Below are positions 9,541 to 18,295 of a stretch of 32,000 nt of DNA, piece after piece. Every line of letters begins with the position of its first letter. Positions within the stretch are counted from its first letter, which is position 1. The notes under the pieces are model-generated. The model was not told where the DNA came from. It saw only the letters and a list, made by a program, of their open reading frames with translations, and searched no databases. Location of the stretch: NCBI RefSeq assembly GCF_008000775.2, contig NZ_CP042905.2:1-32000 (forward strand). Reading direction: 5' to 3'. Both the position numbers and the translations under genes were made by a program. Source of the DNA: Promethearchaeum syntrophicum (lineage in GTDB: Archaea; Asgardarchaeota; Lokiarchaeia; Sigyniarchaeales; Promethearchaeaceae).

Positions 9541-10206
9541 ATGATTCTTCAACTTCCAGACATTTACCCTTCAGATTACATGATGACAATCGACTACTAT
9601 ATTTGGTTAGCAGTAGTTGTTATTGGAATTATTTCAATAGTGATTTTCTTTGCAAAAATCTATAAGGTTGAATCTATTCAAAAACCCTATCTATATGGAA
9701 TCACCTTTTTCTTACTTCTCTTAACTTTACAAAGAGTTGCCTATATTATCGCAGTAAAACTGAATGTAGATTACAATTTCTGGACTAATTTAGGTTATAT
9801 TTGTTCTCTAGCCGGAATGACGTGTTTTTTCTTAGGAATTGAAAAATCGGTTATAAAAAAAACAAAATATTTGTTATCGCTAACAACTCTTCTTGGAGTA
9901 CTAATAGGATTGTTATCTTTATTTGAATTTTTAAACCGAGATATAGCGATGATGATAACTTATATTATATCAACATTGGCTACAGTAATTATTATAGCGC
10001 TTTTTGCCTGGATGGTTTCAAAGAGTACCGGTAGTATTAGAAGGAAAAGTATTATTACCTTTATTGGAGTGGTTGTGCTTTTTGCAGGGATTATGATGGA
10101 TAGTGAACTTGTTTATGGTACCCTTTGGCCGACGATACCGCTTTTAATACCTCCAATTTTAAATTCAATTGGTTTAATTACCATAACAATAACTAATATG
10201 CAATAA
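9541..10206 (+). CDS. Predicted integral membrane protein, about 7 TM segments, unknown function
   Basis: 221 aa with seven hydrophobic stretches readable in the translation. Confidence 0.65.
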   Translation: MILQLPDIYPSDYMMTIDYYIWLAVVVIGIISIVIFFAKIYKVESIQKPYLYGITFFLLLLTLQRVAYIIAVKLNVDYNFWTNLGYICSLAGMTCFFLGIEKSVIKKTKYLLSLTTLLGVLIGLLSLFEFLNRDIAMMITYIISTLATVIIIALFAWMVSKSTGSIRRKSIITFIGVVVLFAGIMMDSELVYGTLWPTIPLLIPPILNSIGLITITITNMQ

Positions 10207-10272
10207 AAGTATTGAGAGACTTGAATAATTATCAAAAGTTTTATTATTAATCTCTTTTTTTCTCTTTTATTA

Positions 10273-11010
10273 ATGATTAAAGCAATATTTTTTGATTTTG
10301 GAGGGACATTGTTTGATTTTTATCCCTCGAATTACCAAATCTTAGGATCATTGGCTAGAAGATACGGTATAGATCTTCTTGACACAGATAACATACTATC
10401 GAAAGCTTTTCAAAAGCAGGAAGAATATCTAATGGAAATCTTCCAAGAACGCGAGAAAACCGAAATCTCTATCTTAACCAAACAAGATTGGAATAATTGT
10501 GATCAAATCCTATTAGATACGATTGGTGTGAAAAAAAAACAGGCACTTCCTGATCTTTTTGATAAATTTCAACAACGTATGTTCAAATTTCAAATTTATC
10601 CTGATACAATTCCAACTTTAAAGTACTTGAAAAAGAAAGGATTCTTTCTTGGTATAATATCAAATTTAAATAAAATGTCTCAGATTTCTCTGCGCTATAA
10701 ACGTTTAGAAGAATATAATATTCTAAATCTTTGGGATGTAATTACACTCTCAGGAGAGATTGGAATTTCTAAACCTCATCCTGAAATTTTCTTAAAATCT
10801 TTAGAGAAACTAAATGGAATTACCCCAAACCAATCAATATATGTTGGAGATTCATACATTTTTGATGTTCTAGGAGCCAGAAAAGCAGGAATGATTCCAG
10901 TTTTATTAGATTCAAATCTAGGAAAGGATTATGATTGCCTTAAAATTTCATCTTTTCAAGATTTGATTCCTTTGATTAGCAAATTAAATAATGAAGAGAT
11001 TTTATCATAA
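10273..11010 (+). CDS. HAD-superfamily hydrolase (haloacid dehalogenase/phosphoglycolate phosphatase-like)
   Basis: 245 aa; FFDFGGTLFDF, LGIISNLNK, GEIGISKPHPEIF, YVGDSYIFDVLGARKAGM. Confidence 0.9.
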   Translation: MIKAIFFDFGGTLFDFYPSNYQILGSLARRYGIDLLDTDNILSKAFQKQEEYLMEIFQEREKTEISILTKQDWNNCDQILLDTIGVKKKQALPDLFDKFQQRMFKFQIYPDTIPTLKYLKKKGFFLGIISNLNKMSQISLRYKRLEEYNILNLWDVITLSGEIGISKPHPEIFLKSLEKLNGITPNQSIYVGDSYIFDVLGARKAGMIPVLLDSNLGKDYDCLKISSFQDLIPLISKLNNEEILS

Positions 11011-11050
11011 AAATTATTTTATATCATAAATTATATTGACCTGATTTAAA

Positions 11051-11473
11051 ATGCGTTTTTTATCATTTCATGTTAATAGTTTTAACTACAAAATAACTAA
11101 AAAAGGTCGTTCTAAAATTTTAGAGGAAATTACTGAAGAAAACAAAGAAAATCAGGTAGAAAATGCAATTGTTCTATTTATAGCAGCAGAAAAAGAAGAT
11201 GAATCAAGTGATGGCATTTTTGAAAATGTGATTACAGAAATTTTACAGATCGTGAACCAATTAAAAGTTAAAAACATAGTATTAATCCCATTTGCTCACT
11301 TATTTGGTCAATTAAGCTCATTGGATTTTGCATTTGAATCTCTAAAAAATATTGAAACATTATTAAAAGAAAGAGATTTTTCCGTTATTAGAATGCCTTT
11401 TGGATGGTTTTCCGAATTTGATATGAAAGCTAAAGGGCATCCTCTCTCAAGAATTTCGAGAATTATTAATTAA
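11051..11473 (+). CDS. Free-standing archaeal-type threonyl-tRNA synthetase editing domain (DTD-like fold)
   Basis: 140 aa; begins MRFLSFHVNSFNYKITKKG, contains NIVLIPFAHL, FGWFSEFDMKAKGHPLSRISR, matching the N-terminal editing domain of archaeal ThrRS; terminates without catalytic domains. Confidence 0.75.
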   Translation: MRFLSFHVNSFNYKITKKGRSKILEEITEENKENQVENAIVLFIAAEKEDESSDGIFENVITEILQIVNQLKVKNIVLIPFAHLFGQLSSLDFAFESLKNIETLLKERDFSVIRMPFGWFSEFDMKAKGHPLSRISRIIN

Positions 11474-11498
11474 AAGGCATTGAAAAATGTGAATTCTT

Positions 11499-12800
11499 AT
11501 GAAGCTTCCAAAAATATCAGAAATTATTCAAGATATATCTTATCCAATGAAAAAAATTTCAATTTCAGATAAACTTTATATTTTTGGAAGAAATCCAGAA
11601 TTATCTCTGGCAGAAATTGTTGCACGTTACAATGTGAATCAATCATCTCCAATAATTAAAGATTTAACAGCGAGTGGAATAATAATTGAAAGCGAGAAGC
11701 ATATTTCAATTAGCAATTGCGGAGCAGTTCTTAAGAAATGTAAAATTATTGGAGTTTTCTTAAAAAATATCCCAATCTCAGAAATAGCACTAGTATTAGA
11801 AACACACATTAGTGGAGAATATATCATTGATAAATCAAATTGGGGTATAAGTTCATACAATGATGATTCTGTTCATCACGCTACTTTGAATTCTCAAACA
11901 TTACATCAACTAGCAAAAAAAGGCTTCAAAAGTATAGGAATAAAAAAAGCATATTATATTCCCCCTATGGAGGGAAACAGTTTAACTCCTCAGAAATTGC
12001 TACGGAAAAAAATTATTGATGAAGGAATTGAATTTATTCTTTGGTATCGGAAAAAAGATGTTATATTATGCCAGACTGAAGAAATTATTGATATTGATTC
12101 TTTTGCTAAACGTGATAAAGAACGCCCTCATAAGAGATTACTCTTACTTTTAGGGCTTGCTCTTGCTCGATCTATGGTGAATTTAGTTTCGGTGGAAAAA
12201 AATAAGCATAATCTTCCGATATATGATCCTTTCTGTGGAATGGGATCCATTATCCAAGAGGCTTATCTCTTAGGTTTACAATCTATGGGTTCGGATATTG
12301 ACAAGAGCTGTGTTATTCGCAGTCAGGAAAATCTAAACTGGATTAGTCAAACGCGAGGTAAGCAATTTCGGAAGAAATATGGCATTTTTCCTAGCAAAAA
12401 TATTTTTGAAATGGACCTAATCGCCCCCGATATCCCCCTTTTACAAAATTTTAATGGATCTATTGTTGCTGAACCTAATTTGTTGACTCCATTAAAAACA
12501 TATCCGTCAATTTTTGAAGCAAAAAAAATGATAAATCAATTTGAAGAAAATTACAATCGCTATTTGAAAGGAATTAGCCAAATTCTTCCAACAGGAGGAA
12601 TTTGCGTTTTAATCTTCCCACAAATTCATACGGCAGAAAATATTAGACTATCTTTAGAAATAGAACGACTATTAAAAAAATATAAATTTAAGATCTGTGA
12701 AATTAAAGCCAACAACGCCAAATTTCCTTCATTTTTCATTCATGCTTGGAAAAGTCCGATAATAGAAAGACAAATTCTTGTTTTTAAGAAGGTAAAATAA
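11499..12800 (+). CDS. THUMP-containing RNA methyltransferase, Trm11/TrmG10 family-like
   Basis: 433 aa; SAM-binding region LPIYDPFCGMGSIIQEAYLLGLQSMGSDIDKS; the expected DPPYG motif position reads VAEPNLLTPLK. Confidence 0.75.
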   Translation: MKLPKISEIIQDISYPMKKISISDKLYIFGRNPELSLAEIVARYNVNQSSPIIKDLTASGIIIESEKHISISNCGAVLKKCKIIGVFLKNIPISEIALVLETHISGEYIIDKSNWGISSYNDDSVHHATLNSQTLHQLAKKGFKSIGIKKAYYIPPMEGNSLTPQKLLRKKIIDEGIEFILWYRKKDVILCQTEEIIDIDSFAKRDKERPHKRLLLLLGLALARSMVNLVSVEKNKHNLPIYDPFCGMGSIIQEAYLLGLQSMGSDIDKSCVIRSQENLNWISQTRGKQFRKKYGIFPSKNIFEMDLIAPDIPLLQNFNGSIVAEPNLLTPLKTYPSIFEAKKMINQFEENYNRYLKGISQILPTGGICVLIFPQIHTAENIRLSLEIERLLKKYKFKICEIKANNAKFPSFFIHAWKSPIIERQILVFKKVK

Positions 12801-12802
12801 AA

Positions 12803-12876
12803 CGGGCCATGAGGGAGTTGAACCCCCGACCAACGGATTAAGAGTCCGCCGCTCTACCTGGCTGAGCCAATGGCCC
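12803..12876 (-). tRNA. tRNA-Lys(CUU)
   Basis: Reverse complement GGGCCAT...ATGGCCC(G); anticodon arm GCGGA-CTCTTAA-TCCGT; T arm GGGGG-TTCAACT-CCCTC; no intron. Confidence 0.93.
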
Positions 12877-12908
12877 CAAAAGTAACAAATAAAAAAAGAT
12901 AATAAAAA

Positions 12909-13628
12909 TTATCGGGTTTTACGCCCCGATTGACGGGCTGCAATCATTCCTACTTTACGACCCGGAGGTGCATTTCGGTTGGTTGTAGTTGATTTTCCTG
13001 CACGTTTTTTACGTCCACCGCCAAATGGATGGGAGTTCGCATTCATCCCAGATTTAGTTATTACGGGCCATATCGTGGCTTTTGTTCGCACTTGGAACAT
13101 CTTCGCACTAGCTTTCAAATAAGGTTTAGTAGTGCGTCCACCTCCGGCAACAACGCCAATTGTTGCACGAGACATCTGGTTAAAGGTTTTTCGTTTCCCA
13201 GAAGGGAATAAAACCTGTACGCCTCTTTCAGTACGAGTCATTATAGTAGCAGTACTGCCACTTGCTCGTATCATTTTACCACCATCCCCTGGTTGGATTT
13301 CAATGTTATACACTAAAGTTCCTTCAGGGATGTTCTTCAACGTCATGGTATTTCCTATAGCAATCTCAGTTTTATTACCGATTTGGAATGTATCTCCAAT
13401 AAAGATACCTTCAGGAGGTAACCATAGGGATTTCTTTCCATTATCGTATTCCATTAATGCGATTGGCACGCCGCGACCACCTTCGTGAATAAATTTAACT
13501 ACTTTCCCAGTAACTATTTTATCTCCAGTTAAGGGAATGTGTTTAACCTCTCCACGCTTTTTATGTTTTGGGCTACGGAAATTTTGAGTTCCTTTACCAG
13601 CACGTTGTTGAAGTATTCTACGACCCAT
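12909..13628 (-). CDS. rpl2: Ribosomal protein uL2
   Basis: 239 aa; MGRRILQQRAGKGT, EIQPGDGGKMIRASGS, NSHPFGGGRKK. Confidence 0.97.
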   Translation of the reverse strand: MGRRILQQRAGKGTQNFRSPKHKKRGEVKHIPLTGDKIVTGKVVKFIHEGGRGVPIALMEYDNGKKSLWLPPEGIFIGDTFQIGNKTEIAIGNTMTLKNIPEGTLVYNIEIQPGDGGKMIRASGSTATIMTRTERGVQVLFPSGKRKTFNQMSRATIGVVAGGGRTTKPYLKASAKMFQVRTKATIWPVITKSGMNANSHPFGGGRKKRAGKSTTTNRNAPPGRKVGMIAARQSGRKTR

Positions 13629-13721
13629 GTTTCATCACAAATTTTTTAGGGATTCTTAAAAGAACAAGGAAAAAAAGCCTACATAATATAAATTTTTTTG
13701 GGTAACATTGACTTCCTAACT

Positions 13722-14951
13722 TTACCAAACTTTGAACTTGCCTTCAAGCAATTCTTGTCGGAGAGTTAGATAATCATCGAGCTCTGCTTGTAAGATTTCT
13801 TTTGCTTTACCAGAAATAACATCATAATTAGTATTGTCTGCAGTAAGAAGTTCAATATCTGCTAACCAAGGTTTATTAATAGGAGCCCCAATTTGGGATA
13901 CTATTCTGATTTGGCATTCAACTACATCTCCTTGTAGTTCGTTTACGATACGATTAGCAGCTCTATTTGACATGAGGGAATAAAGTTTTCCAACATGATT
14001 ATTACTATTTTTACCAGCAGCGGCTTCTAATGTTTGTACACGCCCAGGAGTTATAAGTCCGTTTGCTCGATTACCCCTTCCTACTTGTCCATCATCACCC
14101 GCTTCAGCAGATGTGCCAGTAATAGTTAAGTACAATAAATCTTTTTCCGGTATGTCACCAGTGTTTACATTTATTTTTACATTATGATCTTCTTTGAATT
14201 TATCCGCTATTTTGAGGGCACCTTCTTTAACTTGATCAAGGGCATTGATATATTCAGATTTATCTTTTAAAAATTTTGAGACCATTGCATTTGCAATTGT
14301 AATTTCAATATCTTTTCCATTTCTTATTCCCATAACTTTAATATCTTCACCGGAAGCAGGACAAATATCTTTAAATTTATCTGAGTTTAAGTATTTTTCA
14401 ATACTATAAACAGAATTATCTGTAACTGAAAATGGAGCAAATCCAACACCGAAACTGGTATCATTTGCTAATGGAACCTTGTCTCCTCCATTCATTTCTT
14501 GATTATATAACCCAGTTAAATCAACAGATCCACTTTTTGTTCTGGCATCTATTATAACATGCTTATCAACATCTAGATTTCTAAATGTGTATCTAAATAC
14601 ATCGTAAATAGCCTCACGACAGATTGTTCTTACTGGAATAGGGATTAATTTTCCCGCAACTACAGCAGTATCTATAGCACGACCAATAATTTCAAATTCT
14701 TGTGGTTGAAGAATAATTCCTCCTCCAAATTTGGGAATGGCTTGACCCGCAACGTAAGCGGCTTTATCGACATTATGGTGAAAATATCGACCGTTAAAAT
14801 TCTTCAAATAATAGGATGTTAAGGCTCGGCTGCAAGCTTCTGCGCATTCATCTGCAACACTATCGGGGTGCCCTTTCCCTTTTCTCTCAACCATTTCGGG
14901 AAAATCGGATTTTCCGACTGGTTTTCTTTCTGATTTCGTAGCATGTATCAT
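13722..14951 (-). CDS. mat: Archaeal-type S-adenosylmethionine synthetase
   Basis: 409 aa; VERKGKGHPDSVADE, GTSAEAGDDGQVGRGNRANGLITPGR, AAAGKNSNNHVGKLY. Confidence 0.96.
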   Translation of the reverse strand: MIHATKSERKPVGKSDFPEMVERKGKGHPDSVADECAEACSRALTSYYLKNFNGRYFHHNVDKAAYVAGQAIPKFGGGIILQPQEFEIIGRAIDTAVVAGKLIPIPVRTICREAIYDVFRYTFRNLDVDKHVIIDARTKSGSVDLTGLYNQEMNGGDKVPLANDTSFGVGFAPFSVTDNSVYSIEKYLNSDKFKDICPASGEDIKVMGIRNGKDIEITIANAMVSKFLKDKSEYINALDQVKEGALKIADKFKEDHNVKINVNTGDIPEKDLLYLTITGTSAEAGDDGQVGRGNRANGLITPGRVQTLEAAAGKNSNNHVGKLYSLMSNRAANRIVNELQGDVVECQIRIVSQIGAPINKPWLADIELLTADNTNYDVISGKAKEILQAELDDYLTLRQELLEGKFKVW

Positions 14952-15155
14952 TTTTTATCAACAGAAATGCAATTTTTACTAAGAAGAATTAATTTTTCAT
15001 GGAATTTGAATTCTTTTTTTTAATTTTTTAGCTTTAGATATTAAAGTTAAAATTTTGCTTGGGTATGATTTAAAAAACTTTCAGAGTAAGGTGCTTTAAA
15101 TAGGAAAATATTGGTTATTCATATGTTAATATAAATATTAAAAGTGTTTAAAATC

Positions 15156-15413
15156 ATGGCAGAATCTATTCTTGAGTGGATGAAAAAAAATGAGAAACGC
15201 TTTAATTCTCAACCGATTTCGTTAAGAAATAGGAAAATGAAACATATTTCTAAGCTTAAAGTTGAAGAATCTAACCCTCAAAGAACAATGGATTCCTATT
15301 TTTCTCCACAATCCCAAAAATCACTATTTGATGAAAGTTTTAGTAAAGAAGATTTTATGCTTTTAACGAAACGCTGGAAAGAACAAAATTTAGAAAATAT
15401 TGCTGCAAATTAA
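15156..15413 (+). CDS. Small orphan protein with canonical PIP-box
   Basis: ORF track opens at GTG 15144; ATG at 15156 is more likely (85 aa). Contains QRTMDSYF. Confidence 0.6.
   Translation: MAESILEWMKKNEKRFNSQPISLRNRKMKHISKLKVEESNPQRTMDSYFSPQSQKSLFDESFSKEDFMLLTKRWKEQNLENIAAN
15279..15302 (+). other. PIP-box QRTMDSYF within the small ORF
   Basis: Matches Q-x-x-(M/L/I)-x-x-(F/Y)-(F/Y), preceded by a basic region (RNRKMKHISKLK). Confidence 0.65.
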
Positions 15414-15415
15414 TA

Positions 15416-15865
15416 TTAGATATCATATACAATTTTAATCTCAGTTCTATTTTTTTCTTCATTAATTTCTAAATAGGAATATGTAATCGCTTTTACTTCA
15501 ATATCAGGAATATGTTTTAATTGATCAAATACTTCTCCCTGACATTTTGCATGTAATTCTATTTTTCCAGCTGAATTTGTAATTATCGGGTCAATTTTAA
15601 CATGATTAAAAATTAAATAATCGGTATCAAAAATATAAAGAAATTCGGATAAAAAGGCAACAAGAAGCGATCCTTTAGTTTCTTCTTCTATAACAATATC
15701 CCGAGTAATTTTACTTTCAATAATACTTCCTTCAAACATCGTTTCCATTAAACTATAAACGCAATTTTCAATCGCTTCTTCGAATGTTTTTCCCCAAGCA
15801 TGAACCCAAACATCAGCAGGATGATTTAAAAATTCATAACCGGAAAAGAGATTGTTTTTCTCCAT
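15416..15865 (-). CDS. Archease (RtcB tRNA ligase activator family)
   Basis: 149 aa; YEFLNHPADVWVHAWGKTFEEAIENCVYSLMETMF, FLSEFLYIFDTDYLIF, IKAITYSYLEI. Confidence 0.9.
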   Translation of the reverse strand: MEKNNLFSGYEFLNHPADVWVHAWGKTFEEAIENCVYSLMETMFEGSIIESKITRDIVIEEETKGSLLVAFLSEFLYIFDTDYLIFNHVKIDPIITNSAGKIELHAKCQGEVFDQLKHIPDIEVKAITYSYLEINEEKNRTEIKIVYDI

Positions 15866-15934
15866 TACTATCTCTAAGGTCTTAAAAAGTGAAAAATTTT
15901 TTCAAAACTCTTACATTTGATAGGTTACAACTAG

Positions 15935-16738
15935 GTGCATATCATGAAAAATAGAAAAGCCTATATCCTTAATCCCTCCCAATCGCGTCGATTAATTGCA
16001 AAGGGAATCTGCCATTTACCACAAGTAAGAGAAGCTTTAGAATCTAAGAAAATTTTTATCGGTGGGGGATCCACTAACGCATATGTTGTAGAGGAATTAT
16101 ATAAAATAAAAAATATCGAAGAAGAATTTAATAAAGGGGATTATACAGCCGGGCAGATCATTCCTGGGGAAAATTTTATGAAATGGGGAATAAATAAAGG
16201 AAATCGTAAAAAAGAAATACTTTTACGGAAAGGTGTTCCTAAAGAATATGAAGACAGAGTAAAACAGTTCAAACGATTTCATAATGGGGATATTTATATC
16301 AAAGGAGCAAATGCACTAGATATAAACGGAATTCCTGGAGTTCTTGTGGGTGGAGAAAGCGGAGGAAGTATTGGAACCTTACAAGGGATTCTTCAGGCAA
16401 AAGGTATTGAAATAATTTGTCCAATCGGGCTTGAAAAATTGATTTTCGGAAATATTTATAGTTTAATGGAAGTTATGGGAACAGAAAATATGGATCCACC
16501 AGCAGAAGGCATTTCTTGTGGTTTAATTCCTATGCCAGGCGCAACCGTTATTACAGAAGTTGAAGCATTGGAGATACTCTTTGATTGCGAAGCATATCAT
16601 GTTGCATCAGGAGGAATTGGCGGTGCAGAAGGTAGCGTCTCCATTTTGGTTGATGCATATGATGATGATGAAATGAAAGAAATTAATGAATTTATGCAAA
16701 AAATAAGTTTAGAACCTGTTTATCAAGCAAATTTATAA
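15935..16738 (+). CDS. Conserved archaeal hypothetical protein, glycine-rich
   Basis: 267 aa; IFIGGGSTNAYVVEEL, VLVGGESGGSIGTLQGI, GGIGGAEGSVSILV; no confident family assignment. Confidence 0.65.
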   Translation: MHIMKNRKAYILNPSQSRRLIAKGICHLPQVREALESKKIFIGGGSTNAYVVEELYKIKNIEEEFNKGDYTAGQIIPGENFMKWGINKGNRKKEILLRKGVPKEYEDRVKQFKRFHNGDIYIKGANALDINGIPGVLVGGESGGSIGTLQGILQAKGIEIICPIGLEKLIFGNIYSLMEVMGTENMDPPAEGISCGLIPMPGATVITEVEALEILFDCEAYHVASGGIGGAEGSVSILVDAYDDDEMKEINEFMQKISLEPVYQANL

Positions 16739-16852
16739 AAATTTTTTCTTTTCTTTTAGATAAGAATTATTTAAACAAACCTCGATTTGTGTGAAACGGA
16801 ACTAATTGATAATGAAAACATAATATAAAAAAAAATATTAAAAATGATTGAA

Positions 16853-17473
16853 TTATTCAAATTCATCTATGGAATCCTTTAAAGCGCTCCAACACTGGTT
16901 AACTTCACCACGTTCATCCATAATTTGATCCCATTTCTTATAAATTTCTTTATTTGAACGTTCAAATTCCCTATCAATATCTTTCATTTTATCCTCATCG
17001 GTCGAAATCGATTCAGCTGCAACCATTTTATTTTTGGATTTCTCGATTTTCAACCCTAACATAACGATTTGCTTTCGGATTTTAGCATTATGTACAACTA
17101 ATTTTGAATATTCTTCCATTTTTTTTGTTAATCCTTTCTTCTGTAGTGAGAGATCTTTTAATCTATCGTAAAAACCCTCGATCATTTTTATCTGGTCGTC
17201 CACATCATGTATTTTCTTCTTACAATCAGCAACGTCTTCAGACTCAACTCCCGAATGCTCTTCACGTGAGAGAACATCCATTTGTTTACTTTTGTCTCGG
17301 AGCTTGCGTAAATATTCCTGTAAGTCTTTACCATAGCTTTGATACATTTCTCCAAGTTTTTTTTCTTGGGAACCTAGTGAATTTATCTTATGGGCTATTT
17401 TTGTAAATAAATGAGCCACTTCAACATCTAATTTAGCAAGTTCTATTGCATCCTCGTGCGTTACAATTGGCAT
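16853..17473 (-). CDS. Predicted coiled-coil protein of unknown function at the 3' end of the superoperon
   Basis: 206 aa, highly charged heptad-rich helices, no zinc or catalytic motifs. Confidence 0.65.
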   Translation of the reverse strand: MPIVTHEDAIELAKLDVEVAHLFTKIAHKINSLGSQEKKLGEMYQSYGKDLQEYLRKLRDKSKQMDVLSREEHSGVESEDVADCKKKIHDVDDQIKMIEGFYDRLKDLSLQKKGLTKKMEEYSKLVVHNAKIRKQIVMLGLKIEKSKNKMVAAESISTDEDKMKDIDREFERSNKEIYKKWDQIMDERGEVNQCWSALKDSIDEFE

Positions 17474-17556
17474 AATAATTTTCTCCTAAAAAGAATTTAT
17501 AATCTCTATGTGGATTAGTCCTTAAAAAAATTTAGTGAGGGTGACCAAAAAAAAAC

Positions 17557-17820
17557 CTAAACTTTTGTTAAATTAATGGTTTTTTCAACAATATTCGCAA
17601 ATTGAATTAATGAATTAATTGTTGCGCGAAAAGCAGTTGCATCTTCAGAATCTATTTGAAAATTTATTTCATTAGAATTAACTTTTGGATCCGAAATTGT
17701 CCACTTTGATCGTTTCATGGGCATATCTTGAAATTCTGGGATAAAACTTTTATAAAATATCTCCGCTTCTTTTGCAGAAGTAAACTCGAATTTGATTGAG
17801 CTAATAATTTTCATTGACAA
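17557..17820 (-). CDS. pcc1: KEOPS complex subunit Pcc1
   Basis: 87 aa; position between eL43 and the superoperon end; EINFQIDSEDATAFRATINSLIQFANIVEKT. Confidence 0.8.
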   Translation of the reverse strand: MSMKIISSIKFEFTSAKEAEIFYKSFIPEFQDMPMKRSKWTISDPKVNSNEINFQIDSEDATAFRATINSLIQFANIVEKTINLTKV

Positions 17821-17855
17821 TCATTAATATTTATAAAGAAAATTAGGTAAAAAAT

Positions 17856-18167
17856 CTACTTCTTAATCGTGGAAGCAGGATTTTGCTCGGCTTCACTTGC
17901 CTCTCGAGCCATTCGAATAGCTATTCGGTGAGATTCTTTACCTCTAGCTGTAGCGCTTTCCCAAGAACCGCCCGTCCAGGTAGCTCCGCACTTTTTACAA
18001 TGCCAAACGCCTACAAATTCCCTCATATTCGGAAGTTTAGTGTTACACTTTGGGCATTTAGTAATTCCTTTTTGTTTTGAAGTGATATCCCTCCATTGTT
18101 TACGTAATTTTGAACCATATCGAGCTCCAAATCTACCTGAGATACCAACTTTCTTAGTTTTTCCCAT
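17856..18167 (-). CDS. rpl37ae: Ribosomal protein eL43 (L37Ae)
   Basis: 103 aa; GRFGARYGSKLRKQ, KCPKCNTKLPNMREFVGVWHCKKCGATWTGGSW. Confidence 0.96.
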   Translation of the reverse strand: MGKTKKVGISGRFGARYGSKLRKQWRDITSKQKGITKCPKCNTKLPNMREFVGVWHCKKCGATWTGGSWESATARGKESHRIAIRMAREASEAEQNPASTIKK

Positions 18168-18295
18168 ATGAAAAATAAATTAACATAAATAAAAAATTTT
18201 TTCATTAAACACGCAATTATTCTCAATTGAAAAGGCAGTTAAAGGTTTTTTGATAGAAAAAAAAAGAGTTAATAGCAAATTTTACTAGGGAATTG

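Noticed and set aside
13132-13488. 118 aa plus-strand ORF
   Set aside because: Antisense to uL2, which has unambiguous motifs.
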